DNA of 32,000 nt from a cyanobacterium endosymbiont of Braarudosphaera bigelowii (GCF_020885515.1 NZ_AP024987.1:60001-92000), one strand, 5' to 3'. Shown: positions 10,986 to 19,441, counted from the first letter of the stretch. Notes: a model not told the origin generated them from the sequence alone. Numbers and translations are program-made.

Positions 10986-11069
10986 TTTTACTTTAAAGAA
11001 GATTTTTAAAATTGCATCGAATTATGTGTTTTAATGATACCATTTAGAAGTCCATAACGAAGGGTGATT

Positions 11070-11558
11070 ATGATTATGCGCCTGTTAAAAACAATAGCTA
11101 CCCAGGTTAAAAATTGGTTTCCTGCTCCTACCGTCCATGCTCATTGTGATGGGCCTTGTGGTGTTTATGATCCAGCCTCAGCTAGGATTGCAGCTGAAGC
11201 GGTAGTATCAATGACAAAAAAGATTTTAGATTTACAGCCTCCAACTTCAAACAATATTGAAGGAATAGCTGCTTATCAAAATACTCTATCTAGATATATT
11301 GCTATAAAAGAAGAACAGGCACAACTAGCAAAGAAAGAACTTTTAGTTCTTTGGACAGATTATTTTAAGCCTGTACATCTTGAACAATATCCTGATTTAC
11401 ATACTAAATTTTGGAATGCTGCGAAACTTTGTTCTGCTTGTAAGGTAGAAGTTAACTCAGATAACACAGAAAAATTAATGTCTGCGATAGAAGATATTCA
11501 ACGTATTTTCTGGCAAACTAAAGGAAGAACTGATGTTTCTTGGTATAGAGCTAACTAA
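11070..11558 (+). CDS. sodN: Nickel superoxide dismutase (precursor)
   Basis: HCDGPCGVYDP nickel-hook motif after a short leader ending in PAPTVHA. Track start 11064 is GTG. ATG at 11070 follows a GAAGG-like RBS at about 11059-11063, and ATG 11076 is also possible. Confidence 0.95.
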   Translation: MIMRLLKTIATQVKNWFPAPTVHAHCDGPCGVYDPASARIAAEAVVSMTKKILDLQPPTSNNIEGIAAYQNTLSRYIAIKEEQAQLAKKELLVLWTDYFKPVHLEQYPDLHTKFWNAAKLCSACKVEVNSDNTEKLMSAIEDIQRIFWQTKGRTDVSWYRAN

Positions 11559-11595
11559 ATTACCTGATTAATTTAGTTTTTAAACTTTATTATAT

Positions 11596-11946
11596 ATGTC
11601 TTGCATACGAAACAATAACATAATAGATCTTGCACTTTGGGCATTAGGACAACGACAACGCTTGAAAGTTGAGGGATGGTCAATGTCTCCTTGTCTAAAT
11701 CCAGGAGATGAATTACTAGTTTCTCGACAAACTAGTAATCATCCAACTCCTTTTATTTCAGATATTATCATTATGTCACATCCGTGTTGCCCAGATTTAC
11801 GGTTAATTAAAAGAGTAATTTCTGTGAATAAAGATGGATCTTGTTTTGTCAGAGGAGACAATGCTCTATGCAGTACGGATAGTCGTTCGTTTGGATGGAT
11901 AGAACCTAAGCTCATTTTTGGTCATGTTACTAGTCGATTTTTTTAA
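11596..11946 (+). CDS. sodX: Nickel-type superoxide dismutase maturation protease (S26 signal-peptidase-like)
   Basis: GWSMSPCLNPGDELLVSR (catalytic Ser box) and LRLIKRV (Lys box). It lies 37 bp downstream of sodN on the same strand. Confidence 0.9.
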   Translation: MSCIRNNNIIDLALWALGQRQRLKVEGWSMSPCLNPGDELLVSRQTSNHPTPFISDIIIMSHPCCPDLRLIKRVISVNKDGSCFVRGDNALCSTDSRSFGWIEPKLIFGHVTSRFF

Positions 11947-12148
11947 TTCTAAAATAGAAACATCTTAAAAATTGACATTCAATTTTTATAAATAATTTTC
12001 TAACTTTAAAATTTATAATATTATGGGCAGGTAATTAATTACTAGCCCTATTTTTATTTATAAATAACAGAAATAAATTTTGGTACAGTCTATCAAATGT
12101 ACAAACTGTAAATAATTAAATAATATATATTTTAAAAAATTTATAACT

Positions 12149-13012
12149 ATGAAACTAAAAGAAATTGAAACTATTACTCGCTCCATAGCCTGGGGTGCAG
12201 CCAAGATTCTACATTCCTATTATTGTGGAAAAAATAAGTTTAAAATTACCGAGTCATCACAAGATGGCCCAACAACTACTGCTGATATCAAATCTAATAA
12301 TTATATTTTAAAAAACCTGCAAATATTTTTTCCCAAAGATATTTTTGGTTATCTTAGTGAAGAAAACTACAAATATGATAGCCATCATAGCCGCATTCAA
12401 AAAGATTGGGTATGGATTATTGATCCTTTAGATGGTACTAAGGAATTTATTAATAAGACAGGAGAATATGCTTTACATATCGCTTTGGCATATCAAGGAC
12501 GTCCTGTCGTCGCTGTAGTAGCTATTCCTGAAACTCAAACAATTTATTTCGCCACCAAGGGATATGGAACATTTGTTGAAGACCTTAATCATAAAATAAC
12601 CCAAATTAAAGTATCAAATAGAAATACAATTGAAAATTTATCCTTAGTAGTTAGCAAGTCTCATAGAAATACACGTTTTCAGTCACTTATCGATGCTTTC
12701 TCTACAAAAGATATAGTATATATGGGTAGTTTGGGAAAAAAAATAACGACTATTCTTGAACAAAAAGCAAATGTTTATATCTCTATATCTGGTAAGTCTG
12801 CGCCTAAGGACTGGGATTTTGCAGCTCCAGACTTAATTCTCACTGAAGCAGGAGGAAAATTTACTTATTTTAATGGTGATATTCCATTTTACAACCGTGG
12901 AGATGTATCTCAATGGGGTAACTTTATAGCTAGCAATGGATATTTTCATGAAGCTCTATGTGAAAAGTCCATAAATAGTTTAAATGAAATTGATAAAAGA
13001 GTTATTGTATAA
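12149..13012 (+). CDS. cysQ: 3'(2'),5'-bisphosphate nucleotidase / inositol monophosphatase family, CysQ-like
   Basis: WIIDPLDGTKEFI and KDWDFAAPDLILTEAGG motifs of the Li-sensitive phosphatase superfamily. Confidence 0.8.
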   Translation: MKLKEIETITRSIAWGAAKILHSYYCGKNKFKITESSQDGPTTTADIKSNNYILKNLQIFFPKDIFGYLSEENYKYDSHHSRIQKDWVWIIDPLDGTKEFINKTGEYALHIALAYQGRPVVAVVAIPETQTIYFATKGYGTFVEDLNHKITQIKVSNRNTIENLSLVVSKSHRNTRFQSLIDAFSTKDIVYMGSLGKKITTILEQKANVYISISGKSAPKDWDFAAPDLILTEAGGKFTYFNGDIPFYNRGDVSQWGNFIASNGYFHEALCEKSINSLNEIDKRVIV

Positions 13013-13172
13013 GTTAATTATTAAATATTTCTTAGATAAATTCTTAATGTAATTTATACAGTAATTATTTTTAATATTAGTTTAACGAGTGTCAAACTCC
13101 TAAAATATATGAAAAAGTAGAATATATATTAAACTAGTTAATGTTTTCATTTCATATATAAATGAAATATAA

Positions 13173-14150
13173 TTATCTAGTATTTTTTATATAAATCAAA
13201 ATTATTCCTAATCCTAGCCAAAGCAAGCTACATACGCGTGTTAACACTAAAGCTTTTTCTATTGTAGTAAATGTAATGGATTTAATTGGTTCTCCAAGTA
13301 AGGGTTTTTTTTTAATCGTACCATCATAAATATTTTTTCCTCCTAATTGCACCCCTAATATAGCAGCATAAATGCTTTCACTCCATCCTGAATTTGGACT
13401 TAGATCTTTATCTCCATCACGATTACAAATTGAAAGAACATAATAAGGTCTTCCCGATAATATTGCTAAAGTTAAGACTCCTAGGCGGCAAGGAATCCAA
13501 GTTAAAATATCTTCTAAATTTGCACTAAACCAGCCAATATCAGTAAAAGGTTCTTTCTTGTAACCAATAGTAGAATCAAGAGTGCTGGAAGCTTTATAGG
13601 CTAAGGCAAGAGTTAGACTACTAGTATAAGGAAGTAGTGCACCAATTATTGCATAAAATAAAGGAGCTATTACTCCATCTATGGAATTTTCTGAAATAGT
13701 CTCTAGTATAGTACGCCAAATATCTTTTTTGGAAAGATTTCTAGTATCCCTACCTACATATTGACTAAGTTTTATTCTAGCAAGGTCAATTTTATTTGTA
13801 TTTAAGGGAATAAGAACGTCAATAGCTGCTAATCTTAAACTTCTTCCAGCAAAACAACTGGCTAATAAAATACTCTCTATAGTAATCCCGATTAAAGGAA
13901 AGAAATGATACTTAATTAAACTAACTGTCCAGCCAAAAAAGCCACTAGCAAGAACTAATAATAGACATAATATACTTCCCGCACAACGACAAACAAATTT
14001 TCCATTACAAAATTTAAAAATAAGATTAGAGGCTTTAAAGATTAACCATCCCATAACTTGTACAGGATGTAAATATTTAGATGGATCACTGATCAGATAG
14101 TCAATTATAGTAGCAATGATTAGAATAATTATAGAAAAATCGGTATCCAA
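13173..14150 (-). CDS. cbiB: Adenosylcobinamide-phosphate synthase CbiB/CobD
   Basis: DYLISDPSKYLHPVQVMGWLI, YVGRDTRNLSKKDI, ISENSIDGVIAPLFYAIIG and multiple TM segments. Confidence 0.9.
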   Translation of the reverse strand: MDTDFSIIILIIATIIDYLISDPSKYLHPVQVMGWLIFKASNLIFKFCNGKFVCRCAGSILCLLLVLASGFFGWTVSLIKYHFFPLIGITIESILLASCFAGRSLRLAAIDVLIPLNTNKIDLARIKLSQYVGRDTRNLSKKDIWRTILETISENSIDGVIAPLFYAIIGALLPYTSSLTLALAYKASSTLDSTIGYKKEPFTDIGWFSANLEDILTWIPCRLGVLTLAILSGRPYYVLSICNRDGDKDLSPNSGWSESIYAAILGVQLGGKNIYDGTIKKKPLLGEPIKSITFTTIEKALVLTRVCSLLWLGLGIILIYIKNTR

Positions 14151-14381
14151 GATTATATTTGATCCTTTAGCTAGTTACTCTTAATTATATCGAATTCTTT
14201 TTATATCTTTGATAACATGTTAAATAGTTAGATAGCTATGATTAGTATTATTTACTATTTTAAAATAAAAAATAATACATAGTATCGTGTAAAAAAAATT
14301 ATAGATAGAACTCTTAGAATTAAAAGCTACTAGAATAATTCAAAAAAGTTTTTATTACTTATTTTCAATAAATTTTTTTAC

Positions 14382-14412
14382 AAGATAAGCATTATTTAAT
14401 AATGCTTATCTT
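14382..14412. repeat. Perfect inverted repeat, 15-nt arms around a single base
   Basis: AAGATAAGCATTATT-T-AATAATGCTTATCTT. Confidence 0.9.
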
Positions 14413-14710
14413 ATAGAAAATTCGTTATAGTTATATATCTAATCAATTTTAAAACTTTTTCGAGATAATTTGATTGATATTATAAAAAATCGATAATTTT
14501 TACAATATCTTCAAAATAAAATATTCCGATCAGTAATGCTTTTAAGATTAAAAATAATAAGTTTTATATCTAAGATATTGTTTTCAATAGATTACTTTCT
14601 TATTAGATTTTAATTATTTTTTTGTTTTTTTAAGAATAGAATTAATTATTTTTATTCACTTAATAATACTATTATTTAGAGCAAAACGAATAAAATTAAA
14701 CATATAAAAA

Positions 14711-14731
14711 TTTGTTGTTATTAACAACAAA
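14711..14731. repeat. Perfect inverted repeat, 10-nt arms around a single base
   Basis: TTTGTTGTTA-T-TAACAACAAA, about 180 bp upstream of the cyAbrB start. Confidence 0.85.
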
Positions 14732-14907
14732 ACATTAAGGGTAATGAATTATTATTAATCTTATGAAACATGTGGATAAAATTTGCAAATTATGTGTAAG
14801 ATAATTGTATAGATAGTTAGTAGTTTTAAGTTTTTTGGTTACCATTACTAACTTAGTCAACTATTGTTCCGTAAACCTAATTAATTAAATAATTATTTTT
14901 CAAATTA

Positions 14908-15297
14908 ATGAAACAAGATAAACCCTTAACCGGCATAGATCTACTCCAAAAAGTTGAAGAATTAAGCAAAGAAGCTAAATTTAGTAAAGAAGAAAAAGCA
15001 AAAGCTTGTGGTTACTATACTAAAACAAAAAATGGAGTGGAACGTGTCAATATGATGAAGTTTCTTAATGCCTTAATTGATGCTGAAGGTATTGAACTCG
15101 ATAGCAGCTCTGAGGGTCAAGGAAGAGGTGGACGTTCAGCTAGCTATAAAATTAGTGTTCAATCTAATGGTAATCTTCTAATCGGTTCAGCTTATACAAA
15201 AAAAATGGGATTAGAGTCTGGAGACGAGTTTGAAATTACTTTGGGGCGTAAACATATACATCTAAAACAAGTCGGAATACTTAATGAAGATGGATAA
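14908..15297 (+). CDS. cyAbrB-family (AbrB-like) transcriptional regulator
   Basis: KPLTGIDLLQKVEELS...KEEKAKACGYYTKTKNGVERVNMMKFLNALIDAEGI followed by a C-terminal AbrB-like fold region (GNLLIGSAYTKKMGLESGDEFEITLGRKHIHL). Confidence 0.9.
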   Translation: MKQDKPLTGIDLLQKVEELSKEAKFSKEEKAKACGYYTKTKNGVERVNMMKFLNALIDAEGIELDSSSEGQGRGGRSASYKISVQSNGNLLIGSAYTKKMGLESGDEFEITLGRKHIHLKQVGILNEDG

Positions 15298-15335
15298 TAT
15301 TTATAACTTTTTGGTTATCAGATAATTTTATTTAA

Positions 15336-15368
15336 TAGCGTTACTCAGATAGAAACTGAGCAACGCTA
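15336..15368. terminator. Stable hairpin 39 nt downstream of the cyAbrB stop; candidate 3'-end structure without a U-tract
   Basis: TAGCGTT-A-CTCAG-ATAGAAA-CTGAG-C-AACGCTA: 12 base pairs with one A/C mismatch and a 7-nt loop. Confidence 0.5.
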
Positions 15369-15460
15369 ACAGAAAAATTACTAATAAAAAGTAAGTATTC
15401 TTCTTAGGGGAACAATGGACTACATCTATAGATATTTCTTTAGTTAGTCAGTTAATGCAC

Positions 15461-15486
15461 TTCAAATTTAATAAATTAAATTTGAA
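15461..15486. repeat. Perfect inverted repeat, 12-nt arms, 2-nt centre
   Basis: TTCAAATTTAAT-AA-ATTAAATTTGAA. Confidence 0.85.
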
Positions 15487-15875
15487 AGTAAATAGTAATT
15501 TTAACTATTGATGAAGAAAATACATCATTTTTATTTAACAATATTTAATTGTTAAAACACTTTAAAGTTTATTAAAGAATAACTATTGAACAACTCAATA
15601 AAATTATAAATATCTAATATAATCTATGATTCTTCAACTAATTATTCATCTATAGTAATATACAATCGTTAGCTTATTTTCAATTGAGTTTGATATGTTT
15701 ACATTAAGACAATTAATATTCGCTCAGCATTTAAGCAACTTCTAGTACTAATTTTATCTATAAAAATTATTATGTTTTTATAAAGAGATATAAAATGTGG
15801 GAGGGTTAAGGGCGAATATTTTATTGAAACCTTTATTTCATGCTAAAACAAATTTTACTCAATCACAACTGTAAG

Positions 15876-16400
15876 CTATATCATATGTAAAGTTAGCCCA
15901 TTCTTTCTCAAAATAGTGATGATAATAGACAAGATTAAACATCCTAAAATAGTTAATCCTAAAGTCAAAACAGCAAAAATTTCTCCTCCAGATAAAGAAC
16001 GATCATAAGGATCTAAGTATGCTGAAGAAGAGTATTGATGTTCATTAATATTTAATGAATTTTTAATTGAGTTTTGTGAAGTATTTAAGGAAATATAACC
16101 AATTTTTATATCATGAAATAGTCTTTTTTGAGGATTGCTAAGTATTTGATACGATTCATTAAGGCGTTGAAATTCTAGTTTTGCTAAAGAAGGAGATAAA
16201 ACTGTCGTATCAGGATGATAGAGTTTGCTTAACTCTCTATATATTTTACGTATCTCTAGTATTGAAGTAGATGGATGAATTCCTAGAACAGCATAATAAC
16301 TATTAGGGAAAAGGTTCTGAAGAATATTATTTCCAAGCACGGAATACTTTATTTCTTGTTGACTAATATTGAGCTTGTTGCGATTATTCTTTGTATACAT
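15876..16400 (-). CDS. J-domain (DnaJ-like) protein with C-terminal transmembrane helix
   Basis: SYYAVLGIHPSTSILEIRKIYRELSKLYHPDTT...RLNESYQILSNPQKRLFHD (HPD motif). Hydrophobic C-terminal segment IFAVLTLGLTILGCLILSIIITIL. Confidence 0.85.
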   Translation of the reverse strand: MYTKNNRNKLNISQQEIKYSVLGNNILQNLFPNSYYAVLGIHPSTSILEIRKIYRELSKLYHPDTTVLSPSLAKLEFQRLNESYQILSNPQKRLFHDIKIGYISLNTSQNSIKNSLNINEHQYSSSAYLDPYDRSLSGGEIFAVLTLGLTILGCLILSIIITILRKNGLTLHMI

Positions 16401-16437
16401 ATCATACTTAACTTACTAAAGGGATTTTTAAATTATT

Positions 16438-16980
16438 ATGACGATAATTAAATTTAATCATAAATTTATTTCAACAATATTGATAGAAATTTGTCTCGTT
16501 TTCTTACTCTTTTTAGGAATAAGCTGTAATCAAGCATTAGCTAGTATGTATGATGATAATCTTGATGGTAATATTTTTGTAGTTTATGCCGGTAATGGTT
16601 CCCTAGTCCCAGCAAAAATGGCTTTAAGTGACTCTCTTCAACGCCAAATTCCGACAATTATTGTTTATTATGTAGACGATAGTCCTAGTTCTAAACAATT
16701 TGCTATGACTGTTTCGAAAATACAAGAGTTTTATGGCCGAGCAGCTAATATTATTCCTACTATGGTCGATAGTATTCCTGTAAAAGATAAGTATATTAAG
16801 CAAGAGCTAGGATATTATTACAAAAATACTGTTCCTCAAATAGTTATTCTGGATCATAACGGACAAAAGGTTCTTGATATCCAAGGACAAGTAGAATATG
16901 AAGTAATAGATGACGCTTTACGAAAAGTATTTGGTTTATTACCACGTTCTGAATCTATAGAATTAAAACATCATTCTTAG
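16438..16980 (+). CDS. Thioredoxin-fold thylakoid protein, photosystem I accumulation factor-like
   Basis: N-terminal hydrophobic signal/TM, then NIFVVYAGNGSLVPAK...PTIIVYYVDDSPSSKQFA...VPQIVILDHNGQKVLDIQGQVEYEVIDDAL. Recalled similarity to the conserved cyanobacterial 'thylakoid membrane photosystem I accumulation factor' family. Confidence 0.65.
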   Translation: MTIIKFNHKFISTILIEICLVFLLFLGISCNQALASMYDDNLDGNIFVVYAGNGSLVPAKMALSDSLQRQIPTIIVYYVDDSPSSKQFAMTVSKIQEFYGRAANIIPTMVDSIPVKDKYIKQELGYYYKNTVPQIVILDHNGQKVLDIQGQVEYEVIDDALRKVFGLLPRSESIELKHHS

Positions 16981-17212
16981 TATGATTATTCTAATTAAAA
17001 AGATTTTGTCACTCTAGTTAAGTTTATAACTTATAAATAGGGGCTTTGTTTTTAATAACAATATATAAAAAAGTACTAAATTAGGAACTTTAATTTATAT
17101 TTTAACGTTATGGAATTTATAGGTAATATTGCCAAAATTTCTCATTTACACCTTACTTAAATATTTGACATAAGAATAAGTAGACTTTGAGAAATGAGCT
17201 GTATTTATTTTC

Positions 17213-18667
17213 TTGTTCCTATCCTCAAGTAATATTTATTACTTGAGGAAGATAAAAATTACTTACTATAACAACTTGTCTAATCAATCTTTTTATTCTC
17301 TTAATACACCTTTGTTTGGAACAGATGGAATCCGTGGGAAGGCTGGGGATTTATTAACAGCAGCATTTGCAGTCCAATTAGGTTTTTGGGCTGGACAGGT
17401 ATTAAAATCAGAGAATACTGTTCCAGGTCCTATCATTATCGGTCAAGACTCTCGTAATTCAAGTGATATGCTAGCTATGTCAATAGCTTCAGGTTTAACT
17501 TCTACAGGAATAGATGTATGGTATTTAGGATTATGCCCTACACCTTGTGTAGCTCACATAACAAATATAAGCGAGGCAATAGGAGGAATTATGATTTCTG
17601 CAAGTCATAATCCACCTGAAGATAATGGGATTAAATTCTTTAATGCTCAGGGGATCAAGCTATCCACAGCTATATCTCAGAAAATAGAAGAAGGATTAAG
17701 AGGAGAACTTCCTTTATCTATAAGTCAAGAAAACTCATGGGGCAAAATTTTACATAAAGATAACTTAATCAATGATTATTACGATTTTTTAAAGAGGAAT
17801 CTTCATCCGTCCTTTAACTGCAGAGGAATGAGAATAGTTTTAGATTTAGCTTGGGGCGCTTCAGTTAATATTGCCCCAGACATATTTAATCAACTAGAAG
17901 CTACAGTATTTTCTTTAAATGGAGAACCAAAAGGAGATCTAATTAATGTTAATTGTGGCTCAACTAATTTAAAATTATTGCAACAAGCAGTTAAAAAATA
18001 TAAAGCCGATCTCGGATTTGCTTTTGATGGAGATGCCGATAGAGTAATGGCTGTTGATAATACAGGTAAAATTATAGATGGAGATTTTATCTTATTTCTG
18101 TGGGGAAAATATCTTATGCAAAAAGGTGAACTTCCCAAAAATTTATTAGTTACTACTGTAATGGCAAACCTAGGTTTCGAAAAAGCTTGGGAAAAATTAG
18201 GAGGTACTTTAATACGTACACCAGTTGGTGACCGTCATGTTCAAGCAAAAATGCTAGAAAGTGGTGCTAAGTTAGGTGGTGAACAATCTGGACATATAAT
18301 TTGCCATAATTACGGAATGTCAGGAGATGGTATTCAAACGTCTCTTCAAATATGTTCATTACTTCAACAGTCAGAAACATCTTTGTCTAAGTTAGTTGAG
18401 AATAGTTTTAAGGCCTATCCTCAAATTCTATATAATATTAGATTTAAAAATAGAAATTCACTAAGTCATTGGAAAGATTGTACAGCTTTACAAGAGGGAA
18501 TTCAAATTGCAGAGCAGGCCATGAAATACAATGGACGCCTATTGGTAAGAGCTTCAGGCACAGAGCCATTACTTCGTATCATGATTGAATCAGAATGTTT
18601 TGATACTGCTCAATATTGGACTAACTATTTAATAGCAATAGTTGAAAAACATTTAGACGTTATATGA
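17213..18667 (+). CDS. glmM: Phosphoglucosamine mutase
   Basis: TPLFGTDGIRGKAG, MISASHNPPEDNGIKFF, FAFDGDADRVMAVD and RASGTEPLLRIMIE. The start codon is uncertain (TTG at 17213, 17243 or 17276). Confidence 0.9.
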   Translation: MFLSSSNIYYLRKIKITYYNNLSNQSFYSLNTPLFGTDGIRGKAGDLLTAAFAVQLGFWAGQVLKSENTVPGPIIIGQDSRNSSDMLAMSIASGLTSTGIDVWYLGLCPTPCVAHITNISEAIGGIMISASHNPPEDNGIKFFNAQGIKLSTAISQKIEEGLRGELPLSISQENSWGKILHKDNLINDYYDFLKRNLHPSFNCRGMRIVLDLAWGASVNIAPDIFNQLEATVFSLNGEPKGDLINVNCGSTNLKLLQQAVKKYKADLGFAFDGDADRVMAVDNTGKIIDGDFILFLWGKYLMQKGELPKNLLVTTVMANLGFEKAWEKLGGTLIRTPVGDRHVQAKMLESGAKLGGEQSGHIICHNYGMSGDGIQTSLQICSLLQQSETSLSKLVENSFKAYPQILYNIRFKNRNSLSHWKDCTALQEGIQIAEQAMKYNGRLLVRASGTEPLLRIMIESECFDTAQYWTNYLIAIVEKHLDVI

Positions 18668-18688
18668 GTTACAAAAATGTGAATCACA

Positions 18689-19441
18689 TCAGTTTTTGTT
18701 AGTTAAAATTTCATATCCTTTATGTGTTACTAGAACTGTATGTTCAAATTGTGCAGACAAGCCATGATCAATAGTTACAACAGTCCAACCATCTGATAAT
18801 ATCTTTGTATATTTTGATTTTTGGTTTACTATTGGTTCGATTGTAAAAATCATTCCAGCTTTTAATTTAATATCAAAATTTTGGTTAGATAAAGAATTAA
18901 ATATTATTGGTTCTTCATGTAAGTTATATCCTATACCATGACCTGTGTATTCTTCGACTATTGTATAGTCATATTTATGAATAACTTTCTCAATAGCAAT
19001 TGCTATATCTGATAAATAATGACCCTCTTTAACTTTTTTAATACCTGCGTATAGAGCTTCTTTAGTAGCTTTAATTAATCGGGATGCTTCTAACGATACT
19101 TTATTTATGGGAATTGTAATACAAGAATCTCCATGAAATCCTTGATAATATACACCTATATCTACTTTAACAATGTCACCAAACATGATTATTCTTTGAT
19201 AAGTTGGAATACCATGGCTTACTTCATTGTTAATACTTATGCAAATTGAATGAAGATATCCACAGTAACCTTTAAAGCTAGGTTCTGCATTCATTTCTTT
19301 TATTCTATATTCAGCATAATTATCTATATCTTTTGTCGTAACACCAGGTTTTATAATTCCTTCAATTTCATCTAAAATTTTAGAGACAATGTAAGAAGAA
19401 TGGCGCATTATCTTAATTTCTTTATCTGATTTAATCTGCAT
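18689..19441 (-). CDS. map: Type I methionine aminopeptidase
   Basis: SINNEVSHGIP, DIVKVDIGVYYQGFHGDSCITI, EYTGHGIGYNLHEEP, FTIEPIVN and FEHTVLVT contain the metal-ligand positions. Confidence 0.95.
   Translation of the reverse strand: MQIKSDKEIKIMRHSSYIVSKILDEIEGIIKPGVTTKDIDNYAEYRIKEMNAEPSFKGYCGYLHSICISINNEVSHGIPTYQRIIMFGDIVKVDIGVYYQGFHGDSCITIPINKVSLEASRLIKATKEALYAGIKKVKEGHYLSDIAIAIEKVIHKYDYTIVEEYTGHGIGYNLHEEPIIFNSLSNQNFDIKLKAGMIFTIEPIVNQKSKYTKILSDGWTVVTIDHGLSAQFEHTVLVTHKGYEILTNKN

Noticed and set aside
13149-13168. ATTTCAT-atataa-ATGAAAT inverted repeat between cysQ-like and cbiB
   Set aside because: Short, purely AT-rich apart from one pair, and expected by chance in this composition. 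Not worth separate reporting.
11559-14150. Toxin-antitoxin, phage or defence cassette
   Set aside because: All ORFs in this accessory-looking part match known housekeeping families (SodX, CysQ-like, CbiB). No mobile-element signatures were seen.
14151-15875. tRNA, CRISPR repeats or small photosystem peptides (PetN/PsaM-like) in the long spacers
   Set aside because: Looked for T-loop GGTTCRA signatures, regularly spaced repeats and Trp-containing small hydrophobic ORFs and saw none. The palindromes there are single and not regularly spaced.
17165-17170. TTGACA as a glmM promoter -35 box
   Set aside because: No acceptable -10 box at 15-19 nt spacing.
17890-18138. 82-aa minus-strand ORF
   Set aside because: Antisense shadow of glmM.
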